Part shown: piece after piece, positions 47,677-59,300 of the stretch | Position numbering within the stretch: position 1 is the stretch's first letter | Layout of the letters: each line of letters begins with the position of its first letter | NCBI GenBank assembly: GCA_964571315.1 | Contig: CAZNBR010000001.1 | Coordinates: 1 to 60,456, forward strand | Direction: 5' to 3' | DNA length: 60,456 bases | Source of the DNA: an uncultured Syntrophaceae bacterium | Lineage (GTDB): Bacteria > Desulfobacterota > Syntrophia > Syntrophales > UBA2210 | Program-made: the position numbers and the translations under genes | Notes under the pieces: model-generated | Databases searched by the model: none | Told to the model about the DNA's origin: nothing | What the model saw: the letters and a program-made list of their open reading frames with translations, nothing else

Positions 47677-49674
47677 ATGGAACCGCTTAAAATAATAACG
47701 GATTTTAAACCCAAGGGAGATCAGCCGCAGGCAATCGCGGCCCTTGTTGAGGGAGTTGAGAGGGGGCTGAAACACCAGGTGCTCCTGGGGATCACCGGTT
47801 CGGGTAAGACCTTTACGATCGCCAACGTCATAGAGGCACAGCAGCGCCCCGCCCTCGTCATCGCCCATAACAAGACCCTGGCGGCGCAACTCTACAATGA
47901 ATTCAAGGTCTTTTTCCCGAACAACGCCGTCGAGTATTTCGTCAGCTACTATGACTATTATCAGCCAGAGGCCTACATCCCGACTACCGACACCTACATT
48001 GAAAAGGACTCAGCCATCAACGACCGGATAGACAAGATGCGTCATTCGGCCACTCGTTCTCTTCTGCAGAGGAGAGATGTGATCGTTGTGGCCAGCGTGT
48101 CCTGTATCTACGGGATAGGCGCGCCGGATAAGTACGCCAGCATGCAGATTCCTCTGGAAAAAGATATGGAGATTGGGAGAGATCATCTCCTGAAAAGGCT
48201 GGTAGAGGTACAGTATGAACGAAACGATATCGACTTTCATCGCGGCACCTTCCGCGTCCGGGGCGACGTTGTAGAAATATTCCCCGTGTACGAAGAAGAG
48301 CATGCTCTTCGGGTGGAGTTTTTCGGGGACGTGATTGAGTCTCTGTCGATTGTCGATCCGCTCAGGGGGAAGACGATGAGCAGACTCGACCAGACCACCG
48401 TATACCCGGGGAGCCATCACGTGGCAACGCGGGACACGATGATACGGGCCATCTCTGCGATACGGGAGGAACTGACGCCGCGCCTGGATTTTCTGCATTC
48501 GCAGAATAAACTTCTGGAGGCGCAACGCCTTGAACAACGAACCATGTTCGATATAGAGATGATGGAGGAGATGGGATACTGCCAGGGGATAGAAAACTAC
48601 TCCCGGCACCTGACGGGACGTATGCCGGGGCAACCACCCCCCACACTGATGGAGTATTTACCCACAGATGCCCTCGTGATTATCGATGAGAGCCATGCCT
48701 CGGTCCCGCAGATAAACGCCATGTACCGGGGAGACCGGTCGAGGAAAAGTACCCTTATAGAACACGGGTTCCGCCTGCCCTCCGCCCTTGATAATCGTCC
48801 CCTTACCTTCAAGGAATTTGAGGCCTTTCCTAACCAGAGGATCTACGTATCGGCCACGCCGGCAGATTATGAGCTGGAGCAGTCGGGAAACGTTGTTGTG
48901 GAACAGATAATCCGTCCCACTGGTCTTATGGATCCCGAGATTGTGATCAGGCCGGTCGCCAGTCAGGTGGATGACCTGTTCGGCGAGATCAACCGAAGAG
49001 TAGCTCAAGGGGATCGTGTCCTGGTGACTACGCTGACAAAGAGGATGGCGGAGAATCTCACGGAACACTACCACGACATGGGGATAAAGGTGGCGTATCT
49101 TCACTCCGACGTCCAGACCCTCGACCGGGTCGCGATCATTCGTGACCTCCGTATGGGAAAGTACGATGTCCTGATTGGGATCAACCTCCTCCGAGAGGGG
49201 CTCGACATTCCTGAGGTCTCCCTGGTAGCCATCCTTGACGCGGACAAGGAAGGATTCCTGCGTTCCAAAAGGTCGCTGGTGCAGACGAGCGGGCGCGCGG
49301 CGAGAAACGTCAAGGGACAGGTCATCATGTACGCGGACAAGATTACCGCCGCCATCCAGGGCTGTATCGATGAGACGCAAAGAAGACGCCAGATACAAGA
49401 GCGGTTTAACGAAGACAATAATATCACCCCGGAATCCATAAAGAAAGAGATGCACGATATCCTCAGCTCTGCTTATGAGGCGGATTATGTAACGGTCAGC
49501 GTCGAGGACAAGATGGCGGCCTATGTATCCGGAGATGTCCCCGCGATGATCAAGAAGCTCGAAGGAGAAATGAAACAGGCGGCCAAGAAACTCGAATTCG
49601 AGAAAGCGGCAAAGATCAGGGACGAGATCAAGGAACTGACACGCATAGAGACCGAAATCGGACTATGGAAGTAA
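47677..49674 (+). CDS. uvrB: excinuclease ABC subunit B
   Basis: Walker [14 protein letters not shown] box, helicase C motifs, and C-terminal UVR domain [13 protein letters not shown]. Confidence 0.97.
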   Translation: MEPLKIITDFKPKGDQPQAIAALVEGVERGLKHQVLLGITGSGKTFTIANVIEAQQRPALVIAHNKTLAAQLYNEFKVFFPNNAVEYFVSYYDYYQPEAYIPTTDTYIEKDSAINDRIDKMRHSATRSLLQRRDVIVVASVSCIYGIGAPDKYASMQIPLEKDMEIGRDHLLKRLVEVQYERNDIDFHRGTFRVRGDVVEIFPVYEEEHALRVEFFGDVIESLSIVDPLRGKTMSRLDQTTVYPGSHHVATRDTMIRAISAIREELTPRLDFLHSQNKLLEAQRLEQRTMFDIEMMEEMGYCQGIENYSRHLTGRMPGQPPPTLMEYLPTDALVIIDESHASVPQINAMYRGDRSRKSTLIEHGFRLPSALDNRPLTFKEFEAFPNQRIYVSATPADYELEQSGNVVVEQIIRPTGLMDPEIVIRPVASQVDDLFGEINRRVAQGDRVLVTTLTKRMAENLTEHYHDMGIKVAYLHSDVQTLDRVAIIRDLRMGKYDVLIGINLLREGLDIPEVSLVAILDADKEGFLRSKRSLVQTSGRAARNVKGQVIMYADKITAAIQGCIDETQRRRQIQERFNEDNNITPESIKKEMHDILSSAYEADYVTVSVEDKMAAYVSGDVPAMIKKLEGEMKQAAKKLEFEKAAKIRDEIKELTRIETEIGLWK

Positions 49675-49702
49675 GAGACCTGTTTGACCCCGGTATTTGC
49701 GC

Positions 49703-51553
49703 ATGGATGAAAAACTAAGACAGGAAAAGATACGAAACGCCCCGGCGCGTTCGGGCGTCTATCTGATGAAGGATGGTGACGGCCGCGTTATCTACGTCGG
49801 AAAGGCAAAAAATCTCCGAGCCCGCGTGCGTTCTTACTTCGGAGGAACAGACCTGCGCCGCATGATCCCCTTTCTGGTATCCCGGATACAGGACATGGAA
49901 TTCATCGTCACGGATACGGAGAAAGAGGCCTTGATCCTTGAAAATAATCTGATCAAAAAGCACCGGCCACGGTACAACGTAAACCTTCGGGATGATAAGA
50001 ATTTCTACAGTCTGCGGGTCGATACAACCCAGGACTTTCCCCGTTTCCAACTGGTCAGGAGCATCAAGAAAGACGGAGCGCGATATTTCGGACCCTACTC
50101 GTCAAGCGCCTCAATGAAAGAGACTTTTTGGTATCTGCACCGCATCTTTCCCCTCCGAACCTGCCGGGATCTTGAGTTCAAAACGAGGACGAGGCCCTGC
50201 ATGGAGTTCCAGATCAAACGATGCCTTGCTCCCTGCTGCGGTCTTGTTTCCGCCGCGGACTACCGCAGACTTGTGGCCGACGCGACCCTGTTTCTGGAGG
50301 GGCGCAGCGGGAAACTTGTTCGGCAGCTCCGCTCACGAATGGACCGCTCCTCCGAAGAGATGCGCTTTGAGGAAGCAGCCCGGATACGGGACAAGATCGG
50401 CGCGATTGAGACAACCCTGGAAAAGCAGCGGATCGTATCCTCCCTTTTCAAAGACCAGGATCTCTTCGGTTCGCACCGTGTAGATGACCGATTGCAGATC
50501 TATGCCATCCATGTCAGGAAGGGGGCCATTATCGGGCAGAGAAGCTTTCCCCTTGTGAAGACACGGCTGGAAACCTCCGAGGCCCTCTCGTCTCTTTTGA
50601 AACAGTACTACAACGCGGGCGTAACCGTTCCCCGTGAGGTTATCGTTCCCGAACGAATCGAAGACGCGGAGGTTATCGAACAGTGGCTCACGGAAAAGAA
50701 GGGAGGGAAGGTCTCGCTGCTCGTTCCCCGTCGTGGGAACACAAAAGCCCTTCTTGCCATGGCGCTGTCAAATGCGGAGAATGCGCTGCGAGCCTCGGAA
50801 AAACAGGAAAACGAGCATGACGGGACACTTGCAGAGATCGAAAGTCTCCTCCTGCTGAAGAAGGTTCCCCGCCGCATAGAGTGCTTCGACATATCCAACA
50901 TCGGCGGAAACTATGCAGTCGGTTCAATGGTTGTCTTTACCGAGGGAGTCCCGGACAAGTCGCGCTACCGGCGCTTCAAAATACGGACGAAAGAGGAAGC
51001 CGACGACTACGGGATGATGCGCGAAGTGCTGGAGCGACGCTATCGGGAGAGAGGGGATCTCCCCGATCTGATCATGGTCGACGGTGGAAAGGGGCAGCTC
51101 GGTGTTGCCCTTTCCGTCCTGGAGGAAAGGGGAATACAGGGGGTGGATGTCATCGGTCTGGCAAAGGAAGCGCACACCTTTTCGGCAGTGGCACCGTCTG
51201 CTGTGTCACGGGACAGAGACCGGGTCTATCTTCCGAACCGAAAAAACCCACTGTATCTTGACAAGCACCCGCGGGCGCTCTTCCTGCTTCAGAGGGTGAG
51301 GGATGAGGCCCACCGTTTCGCGATAACCTACCACCGCACACTGAAGGCACAGAAGGATTTTAGTTCCGTACTCGACAATGTTCCAGGAATAGGCACAGTC
51401 AGGAAGAAGGCGCTGCTCACCTTTTTCAGGGATGTAAAAAAAATAGAGGCCGCATCCCGGGAAGAGCTTGAAAAAGTTCCGGGAATAGGCGAAAATGCTG
51501 CGCATACGATATTCGAATATTTCCATGCCCCCGAAAAGGGGCTGGAGCTTTAA
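49703..51553 (+). CDS. uvrC: excinuclease ABC subunit C
   Basis: GIY-YIG motif (GVYLMKD...VIYVGKAKNLRARV), UVR domain MRFEEAARIRDKI, and C-terminal HhH (VPGIG x2). The start is ATG 49703 or TTG 49697. Confidence 0.95.
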   Translation: MDEKLRQEKIRNAPARSGVYLMKDGDGRVIYVGKAKNLRARVRSYFGGTDLRRMIPFLVSRIQDMEFIVTDTEKEALILENNLIKKHRPRYNVNLRDDKNFYSLRVDTTQDFPRFQLVRSIKKDGARYFGPYSSSASMKETFWYLHRIFPLRTCRDLEFKTRTRPCMEFQIKRCLAPCCGLVSAADYRRLVADATLFLEGRSGKLVRQLRSRMDRSSEEMRFEEAARIRDKIGAIETTLEKQRIVSSLFKDQDLFGSHRVDDRLQIYAIHVRKGAIIGQRSFPLVKTRLETSEALSSLLKQYYNAGVTVPREVIVPERIEDAEVIEQWLTEKKGGKVSLLVPRRGNTKALLAMALSNAENALRASEKQENEHDGTLAEIESLLLLKKVPRRIECFDISNIGGNYAVGSMVVFTEGVPDKSRYRRFKIRTKEEADDYGMMREVLERRYRERGDLPDLIMVDGGKGQLGVALSVLEERGIQGVDVIGLAKEAHTFSAVAPSAVSRDRDRVYLPNRKNPLYLDKHPRALFLLQRVRDEAHRFAITYHRTLKAQKDFSSVLDNVPGIGTVRKKALLTFFRDVKKIEAASREELEKVPGIGENAAHTIFEYFHAPEKGLEL

Positions 51554-51657
51554 TCCATAATGATCCCTCATGTATGACCCGGAGTTGCGGGCGGCAGAGA
51601 ACCGATTCCCCTGACCGGCCATCTTACAACAAGACCTGTGGAGTCAAACAAACTATC

Positions 51658-53055
51658 ATGAAACACAACCCTCCCCATCGTGTTGCGAAATTTTTGTTGC
51701 TGGTTCTGGTCATCGTTCTGGTGTCCGGATGCGCGATGAAGGAACGTCTCTACTACGCAGCTCCCACCCTTCTCCCGGGAACGCAGCGCGCCATGAAGAC
51801 CGCCGGCTTCTGGGCGGGTCGTCATCCCTTTCCGGACAGGATTATCCTTGACAGCGAGGGTATAACCAGACTGAATCTGTCCGTGCAGGACGAACTGGGA
51901 TTGACCCTTGATATCACCCGGCTTGCATCTCCCCTCCCGGGAGATGGTGTACGAAGCACAATACAGGACTCCCTCGGTTACTGTGCCGGGCGGCGGCTCT
52001 ACCACGAAGACGGCCGTGAAATCTCCCCGCGATTTTATGCGGAGATGACAGAACATATGAACATGAGCTCTCTTCCGTCCGAAATTGACGCGCGATATGG
52101 TCTTATTGTGCGCTATACCGACCAGCGCGTCTTCCCCACCACCGTGGCCCTATACGCAAAACCCCACGACAGAGACTTCGATGAGCTTCAGAACAGCGCC
52201 CTCGATATCGGGACCCCTGTGGTTGTGGCGCACACAAGCCTGGATGGAAAGTGGTGCTACGTGATAGATCCCCTCAGTGCGGGATGGGTTCCGGTGGAAG
52301 CTGTAGCCCTGTGCACCCTGGAGGAACTGAAACGGTTCATCGGCGCGGAGCCCTTCGCCGTGGTGACAGAGGCAAAAGGAAGTCTGTTCTTAGATTCCGG
52401 TATGAGAGTGTATTACGATTATGCTAGAATGGGGGCTCGGTTTCCACTCCGTGGCACGCAAAACGGCATTGCCGTAATATGCCTGCCCCTCCGGGGGGAG
52501 GACGGATCGTTGACCGAGCAGGCGGGATACATCAGGGAAGATGAAATCCATGAGGGGTATCTGCCCTATACCCCCCGTACGATACTCCGGCAGGCATTTG
52601 AACTTCTCAACGCGCCGTACGGATGGGGCGGCATGAACGGCGAACAGGATTGTTCCCGTTTTGTCCAGCAACTCTTTGCGACGGTCGGGATATCGCTTCC
52701 GAGAAATTCTTCGAAACAGTCTCAGGCGGGGGTTCTTATCGGTGAGTATCCGGCCAATGCTGCGAAAGAGGCAAAACTGGATACAGTATCCGGGGAAGCG
52801 ATCGGGGGGTGCACCCTCTTATACCTGAGGGGGCACATCATGTTGTTCCTCGGAATGGTTCACGACACCCCCTATGCGATACACAGTACCTGGGGCTATC
52901 GTGAGCCCACGTGGTGGGGAGACAGGGTCCGTGTGATCAATCGCGTCGCGGTGACAAACCTTTCTCTGGGAGAGGGGTCGAAAAAGGGGTCCTATCTGGA
53001 GAGAGTGCGTTCGATCAGATTGATTACTCTTCCCGACACCCAGGAGGGGTCTTAG
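51658..53055 (+). CDS. lipoprotein with SH3b-like domains and a C-terminal NlpC/P60 (C40) cell-wall peptidase domain
   Basis: Lipobox LVLVIVLVSGC. Catalytic Cys context GEQDCSRFVQQLF and His context RGHIMLFLG. Confidence 0.75.
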   Translation: MKHNPPHRVAKFLLLVLVIVLVSGCAMKERLYYAAPTLLPGTQRAMKTAGFWAGRHPFPDRIILDSEGITRLNLSVQDELGLTLDITRLASPLPGDGVRSTIQDSLGYCAGRRLYHEDGREISPRFYAEMTEHMNMSSLPSEIDARYGLIVRYTDQRVFPTTVALYAKPHDRDFDELQNSALDIGTPVVVAHTSLDGKWCYVIDPLSAGWVPVEAVALCTLEELKRFIGAEPFAVVTEAKGSLFLDSGMRVYYDYARMGARFPLRGTQNGIAVICLPLRGEDGSLTEQAGYIREDEIHEGYLPYTPRTILRQAFELLNAPYGWGGMNGEQDCSRFVQQLFATVGISLPRNSSKQSQAGVLIGEYPANAAKEAKLDTVSGEAIGGCTLLYLRGHIMLFLGMVHDTPYAIHSTWGYREPTWWGDRVRVINRVAVTNLSLGEGSKKGSYLERVRSIRLITLPDTQEGS

Positions 53056-53134
53056 CGCCGGCATGCAGCCGGTTTGTATTTGCTTACGATGTGAGGTGAT
53101 TCCACATCACACATGTAAAGGGGAGGTGCCAAGC

Positions 53135-54298
53135 ATGAAGGATAGAAAACTTCTTATGATTCCGGGGCCGATCGAGTTTACTCCCGAGGTAATGCGGGCG
53201 ATGGCCATGCCGACAACAAGCCACGTGGCCCCGGCTTTCGTCGAGTGCATGGGGAAGGCGCTTGAACGGACGCGCGAGGTCTTCCTCTGCCCCGGAGGAC
53301 AACCGTTCATCGTTGCCGGTTCCGGAACGATGGCGATGGACATGGCCGCGTGCAACGTGATCGAACCGGGGGACAACGCCCTGGTGGTGAACACGGGGTA
53401 TTTCAGCGACCGCTTCGGCGCCATCCTGGAGCGCTATGGGGGGCGGGTCACTCACGTCAAGGCGGCCATCGGAGATGCCCCCTCTCTGGACCAGGTTGAG
53501 GCCGAGATCAAGAAGGCCGACTACAAGGCGTTGACGGTGACACATGTTGACACCTCCACAGCCGTCCTCACCGACATCAAGGGGCTGACCGGGCTGTGCC
53601 GCAAATACGGCATCCTGAGCATCGTGGACGGGGTCTGCTCCGTCGGCGGCGAAGAACTGCGGCAGGGAGAGTGGGGGGTGGACATCGTCCTCACCGCCTG
53701 CCAGAAGGCCATCGGGGTCCCCCCCGGGCTGGCGCTTCTTGTGGCGAGCCCTAAAGCGATAGAAAAATTCAAGAACCGCCGGACTCAAGTCGGGAGCTAT
53801 TACTCCGACTGGGCAAACTGGCTCCCCATCATGGAGTCGTACGAAAACCGCAAGGCCTCCTACTTCGGAACGCAGGCGGTCAATCTGGTGTGGGCGCTCA
53901 ATGTCAGCCTCGAACAGATCCTGGCAGAGGGGATGGACAAACGCTTCGCCCGCCACCGTCTCATGAGCGACGCCTTCAAGGCGGCCATGACCTCCCTGGG
54001 TCTGAAGCAGATCCCGGTGAGCGCCGACAAGGCGGCAAACACCCTGACCGCCCCTTATTACCCGGACGGGGTGGATGGCAGCGTCCTTCCGCTGATAACG
54101 CAGGTCGGCGTCATACTTGCCGGAGGTCTCCATGGAGAAATCAGGGAGAAGTACTTCCGCGTGGGACACATGGGCGTCGTGAACGCCGCGGACATCCTGG
54201 CGACCGTGGGAGCGATAGAGGCGGGGCTCGCAAAGGCGGGATACATATTCGAACATGGGGCGGGCCTCGCCGCCGCGCAGGCCGTCCTCCTGCAATAG
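53135..54298 (+). CDS. class V aminotransferase (serine-pyruvate / alanine-glyoxylate type)
   Basis: AGGGGAGG RBS. N-terminus LLMIPGPIEFTPEV. PLP-Lys context TACQKAIGVPPGLA. Confidence 0.85.
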   Translation: MKDRKLLMIPGPIEFTPEVMRAMAMPTTSHVAPAFVECMGKALERTREVFLCPGGQPFIVAGSGTMAMDMAACNVIEPGDNALVVNTGYFSDRFGAILERYGGRVTHVKAAIGDAPSLDQVEAEIKKADYKALTVTHVDTSTAVLTDIKGLTGLCRKYGILSIVDGVCSVGGEELRQGEWGVDIVLTACQKAIGVPPGLALLVASPKAIEKFKNRRTQVGSYYSDWANWLPIMESYENRKASYFGTQAVNLVWALNVSLEQILAEGMDKRFARHRLMSDAFKAAMTSLGLKQIPVSADKAANTLTAPYYPDGVDGSVLPLITQVGVILAGGLHGEIREKYFRVGHMGVVNAADILATVGAIEAGLAKAGYIFEHGAGLAAAQAVLLQ

Positions 54299-54431
54299 AA
54301 GAATCGGGGACTATCAGGAAACACGCGAAAAGGGGTTGGTGAAAAAAAGCTGCCAGCCATTGCCCACGTGACGGCATGGGTCAGGCTGCGTAGCGCCTAT
54401 CGGAGCTGGATCACAGCTGTATCGAGATCCA

Positions 54432-55838
54432 TTAGACTAACCCTCCCAACCGGGCCTTAAATCTCTCCCTCGCGCTATCCGCGATTTCATAGGCTTCGAG
54501 AATATATCCTTTGAGTTGTTCACTGGGGATAGTCTTAGAAAAATTTGAGGATAATGATTTATAGCTTGCTTTGCTCCAGTTTATTCCGCTCCGATCAGCC
54601 TCGGCCATGTCGTCATATAGTGGTGTTCCCGGCAGGGGCACATAACAGTTGATATCGAAGAGGTCGGATTTGATGTTTCGCATCAACTCCAGGGTGCTCC
54701 GAATATCCTCCTGATCCTCATCCGGCAAGCCGAACATAACCGAGGCCATAGAGATAATACCGCTGTCGTAAACCATATCGGTGGCACGTTTTATTTGATC
54801 CAGACTAATGCCCTTGTCAACAGATTCGAGCACCCGTGAGCTCCCGGATTCCAGCCCGAAGTACATACCAAAGCAGTTCGCCTTTTTCATCAAACGCAGT
54901 ATATCCTCCGTTACCGTGTCATATCGCGCAGTACATCGCCACATGATTCCCAGTTCTTCCGCAATTATACGCTCGCAGAATTCCGTGAGATATTTCGAAT
55001 CAAACGTAAAGGTTCCGTCGCTTACATCAAGAAATAAGGGGTTATACGTCTCCTTTATCACTTTGAGTTCCTTGACGACATTCGCCACACTCCTGCGGCG
55101 GACCTTCCCCCTCCACAGCCGCCTGTCAGAACAAAAAGCACAGCGATTGGGGCACCCTCGCGTGGTCAACACATAGTGGCTTCGATAGACGGTATAGTCG
55201 CAGTCCATCACCAACTCTCGTGCTGGAAAGGGGAGGGCGTCGAGATCGTGAATCAATTCAGCTTCTGGCGTACATATGACGTCTCCAGCTTCTGTTCGAT
55301 ATGCAATGCCGGGAACCTCTGCCCACTTGGATCTCCCGCTCATAATTGCTTCGGTAAGCTTCAAAAGCGGTATCTCTCCTTCACCCCTGACAGCGAAATC
55401 AAAATCTGTATTCTTTAAAACATCTTGCGGACAGAACGTAGCGTGATGGCCGCCGGCGATAACTTGTATATCGGTGTCAAGATTCTTAATAAGACGGGCT
55501 ATTTTTTCTACCACATTCCTTGTTGGCGTGAGATATGTGAGGCCAACAGCTTTTGGTTGCAATCTCTGTATAATGTCAGAGATCTTGATCCATACGTCGT
55601 GCGAATCATCGGCAAGAGCTTCTTCGTAGTGTTGCTGGCCTCGGGCGTAGAGCCCGACATCCAGATCCATAATGTTCCCCGGCCCGAGACCTACCAGCAA
55701 ATCGCCTGTCAAAACGGCTGTGTGAATGCCAGCGGCATTCAGATACGCAGCCACACTTGTCAGACCGAGAACATATCCGCAATCAATACCAACATCCTTA
55801 AGACATTTATACGGGGGGTCAATCAGTAGAATATCCAT
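54432..55838 (-). CDS. B12-binding-domain radical SAM protein (class B)
   Basis: GAGGAG RBS. The N-terminal Rossmann-like region resembles a cobalamin-binding domain, followed by the radical SAM motif TTRGCPNRCAFC. 468 aa. Confidence 0.85.
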   Translation of the reverse strand: MDILLIDPPYKCLKDVGIDCGYVLGLTSVAAYLNAAGIHTAVLTGDLLVGLGPGNIMDLDVGLYARGQQHYEEALADDSHDVWIKISDIIQRLQPKAVGLTYLTPTRNVVEKIARLIKNLDTDIQVIAGGHHATFCPQDVLKNTDFDFAVRGEGEIPLLKLTEAIMSGRSKWAEVPGIAYRTEAGDVICTPEAELIHDLDALPFPARELVMDCDYTVYRSHYVLTTRGCPNRCAFCSDRRLWRGKVRRRSVANVVKELKVIKETYNPLFLDVSDGTFTFDSKYLTEFCERIIAEELGIMWRCTARYDTVTEDILRLMKKANCFGMYFGLESGSSRVLESVDKGISLDQIKRATDMVYDSGIISMASVMFGLPDEDQEDIRSTLELMRNIKSDLFDINCYVPLPGTPLYDDMAEADRSGINWSKASYKSLSSNFSKTIPSEQLKGYILEAYEIADSARERFKARLGGLV

Positions 55839-56218
55839 ATCGTTTTCTCCTCGTCAGAGTACCAACATTGATAGAGAGAGGCGGAGGAATGCACCACCCA
55901 CGTCTCAATGATCCTTAGCGTTGTTTTGATATTTGATAAGATACTGCCGTGTGACGATGGAACATAAGCTGAATGTCCCTGTGTGTCAATGGAATAATGA
56001 CAACATGCGGGGTGGTATGCGTGATGACCGTGGCGAGCATGGCTCTCTGCATACCGCTGATACTCCTTTTCAACCGATACGTCCCCCAGCTCGTCGGCAA
56101 ACCGAAGATAAACGGGCCGTGGTTCAAGAATTTCATTTAAAGCAGAGGGCGTCAGAAAAGACGTGAAACAGCGGTGACGAAAAACCTCAATTGCCAATGC
56201 CTCAACTATAGAAAATTC

Positions 56219-56246
56219 TTGACAAAAGATTTTCAAGATGTATGGT
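56219..56246 (+). promoter_or_regulatory. possible promoter (TTGACA-16 nt-TATGGT) for the restriction-modification gene
   Basis: TTGACA at 56219-56224 and TATGGT at 56241-56246, within the AT-rich spacer ~60 nt before the ATG at 56305. Confidence 0.35.
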
Positions 56247-56304
56247 GTTCCTTGTTTGCTGTATATGATCAAGAACAACAAAACTTCAACTCAGGGTAAT
56301 CCGA

Positions 56305-59300
56305 ATGCTGAAATCGTATCTGGAAAAGATATTCAAGATTGCAGACCAGGGTGATGCCAGAGAAGAAAGTTATTATTCGACCCTTGAGGTACTACTGGAA
56401 GAAGCGGCCCTATCCTTTGACAAGCGGAATTTTCACATCACAACACTTCCCAAAACCACCGAGGCAGGGAATCCTGATTTCCGGATATGGGACGGCAGGC
56501 AGCATATTGTAGGATATATTGAAGCCAAGGCCCCCACGATTGAAAATCTGAATGCAATAGAAGATACGGAGCAGTTACAACGGTACAGGAACACCTTTCC
56601 AAACCTGATACTGACCAATTTCTTTGAGTTCAGGCTCTATCGAAATGGCGAACTGGTAAACAGGGCGTCAATCGCACGGCCTTTTATCGTGCACAAACTC
56701 AAAACGATTCCGCCTGTCGAAAAGGAACCTGATTTTCTTAAGCTGCTGGAAGAGTTTTATTCCTTCTCCCTGCCCAAAGTCTACAGCGCGAAGAATCTGG
56801 CAATAGAGCTGGCCAAACGCACGAGCTTTTTAAAGGACGAGGTGATCGCCGAGGAACTGGCGGAGGAAGAAAAAACCGGCGAAGGCTTTATCCACGGATT
56901 TTACGAAGCGTTCAGGCAGTTTCTAATCAGCGGGCTCTCAAAAGAGGAATTTGCCGATCTCTATTCCCAGACAATCACCTACGGTCTGTTTGCCGCCCGC
57001 ATGCGGTCAAAAAACGGTTTCAACAGAAAACTTGCCTATGACAACATACCCCAGACTATCGGAATACTGCGAGATGTTTTCCGGTTTATTTCGCTTGAAG
57101 ACGTTCCCGCCCAAATGGAGTGGATTATTGATGATATCGCCGAAGTGTTGTTTGTAGCGGATGTAAACAAACTGCTTCGGGACTACTTCTGGGAAGGCAA
57201 GGGGAAAGACCCGGTCGTTCATTTTTATGAAACCTTTCTTGCCGAATACGATCCCAAAACCCGCGAAAAACGTGGCGTGTATTACACGCCCGAACCGGTT
57301 GTCTTCTATATTGTGCGTTCGCTCCACCATATTCTGAAGGATCAATTCGGCAGAGTTGACGGCATGGCAAGCGATTCAGTAACGGTGCTGGACCCCGCAT
57401 CCGGCACACTGACCTTTCTGGCGGAGGCGGCGAAACTGGCGGTAGGTGAATTCACGTCTAAATACGGCGAGGGCGATAAAGAAGGGTTCATCAGGGAGCA
57501 TATCCTTAAAAACTTCTATGCCTTCGAGCTTATGATGGCGCCTTACGCGGTGGGTCATTTGAAGATGTCTTTTCTTCTTGAAGAACTCGGATGCAGTCTT
57601 AAGAAAAATGACAGGTTTAAGCTCTATCTGACCAATACCCTTGAGATGGATGAGCTTGAACAAACCAGTCTGCCGGGCATGGCCTCCCTTTCCGAGGAAT
57701 CGCATATGGCTGGAAAAGTAAAAAAAGAACAGCCCGTTCTTGTGATATTGGGGAATCCTCCCTATTCGGACCATTCGGCCAATACGGGGGAATGGATAGA
57801 CCAATTACTGAAGAAAGGTTATGTGCATAAAAACGGCGTAAAAGATGACGGATATTACCGGATAGACGGAAAGCCGCTCGGAGAAAAGAACCCCAAATGG
57901 CTGCAGGATGATTACGTCAAATTCATACGTTTCGCCCAGTGGAAGATAGATCAGGCGGGCGAGGGGATACTTGGTTTTATCACCAATCACAGCTATCTGG
58001 ACAACCCCACCTTCCGAGGGATGCGCCGGTCCCTGATGAACAGTTTCGATGAAATCTATCTGCTTGATCTTCACGGTAACAGCTTGAAAAAAGAAAAATG
58101 TCCCGACGGTTCAAAAGATGAAAACGTCTTTGATATCCGACAGGGAACGGCAATAGCGCTCTTTATCAAGAAAAAAGACAGGAACGGCGAAAATGGCAAG
58201 AAGGTTTTTCATTCCGAGCTATGGGGGCTGAGAAAGGACAAATACGACTGGCTCGCCGACAAAGATATCGCGATGACCGAATGGCAGGAGATAGTTCCAA
58301 AACCGGAATTTTATCTTTTCGTTCCGAGGGATGAAAAACTGCTGGAATTGTATGAAAGCTCGCCGAAGATAACCGATATTTTCCCGGTAAACAGCGTGGG
58401 AATCGTTACCGCGAGGGATAGGTTTGTTATTGATACGGACAAAGAAACCCTCAAGCGGCGCATCGGGATGTTCTGCGATGAAAAAATGCCGGATGAGTTG
58501 ATTGGTGAACCATATCAACTCAGGGACAAATCCAACTGGAATCTGAAGGCAGCGAGAGAAAAGGTGAGAGATGACGGTGACTGGGAAGATTCCTTTGCCC
58601 GGATTTTATACCGGCCCTTTGATATTCAATGGATCTTTTATCACGATACACTGGTTGAACGATCTCGCCGGAACGTCATGCGGCACATGATGCGGGAGAA
58701 TTCAGCGCTGGTTACACCAAAGCAGAACAAGGGTGAATTTGGCTCAATGGCAACAGATGTTATTGGAACCCACAAAACTGTAGCAGCTTATGACATTAAT
58801 TACTATTTTCCACTCTATCTCTACTCCGATCCCGATCAAAAAGACCTCCTCAGCCACCTTGAAGAGTCAAAGGAAAGACAACCGAATATCAGCGAAAAGA
58901 TTTTCTCCGCTTTATGCGCGGCCTATACGACACAACCCTCACCGGAGGATATCTTCCACTACATATACGCCGTCCTGTATTCCGAGACCTACCGCGTTAA
59001 ATACGCCGAATTTCTGAAAACGGACTTCCCGAGAGTGCCATTTACGAAAGACGAACGCCTTTTCAGGGAGCTGGCCGTATACGGCAGGCGTCTTGCCGAC
59101 CTGCATCTTATGCGGTCCCCCGAACTCGATACCCCCATTGCCAAATTCCAGGGATCGGGCGACGGGCGGGTTGAAAAAATCGGTTACGGCAAAGAGACAA
59201 ACCGCGTTTACATCAATCAGGATCAGTACTTTGAGGGATTGGAAGAAGATGTCTGGCAATACCGGATCGGCGGATATCAGGTCTGCGATAAATGGTTGAA

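Noticed and set aside
55823-56281. A 152-codon ORF overlapping the start of the radical SAM gene; a possible companion gene or His-rich peptide.
   Set aside because: It has no in-frame ATG, and its only long start is a TTG 23 nt from the divergent RM gene start, inside that gene's promoter region. It has no SD, and its 3' end simply reads through the radical SAM RBS. It is kept only as background for the smaller 45-codon frame reported separately.
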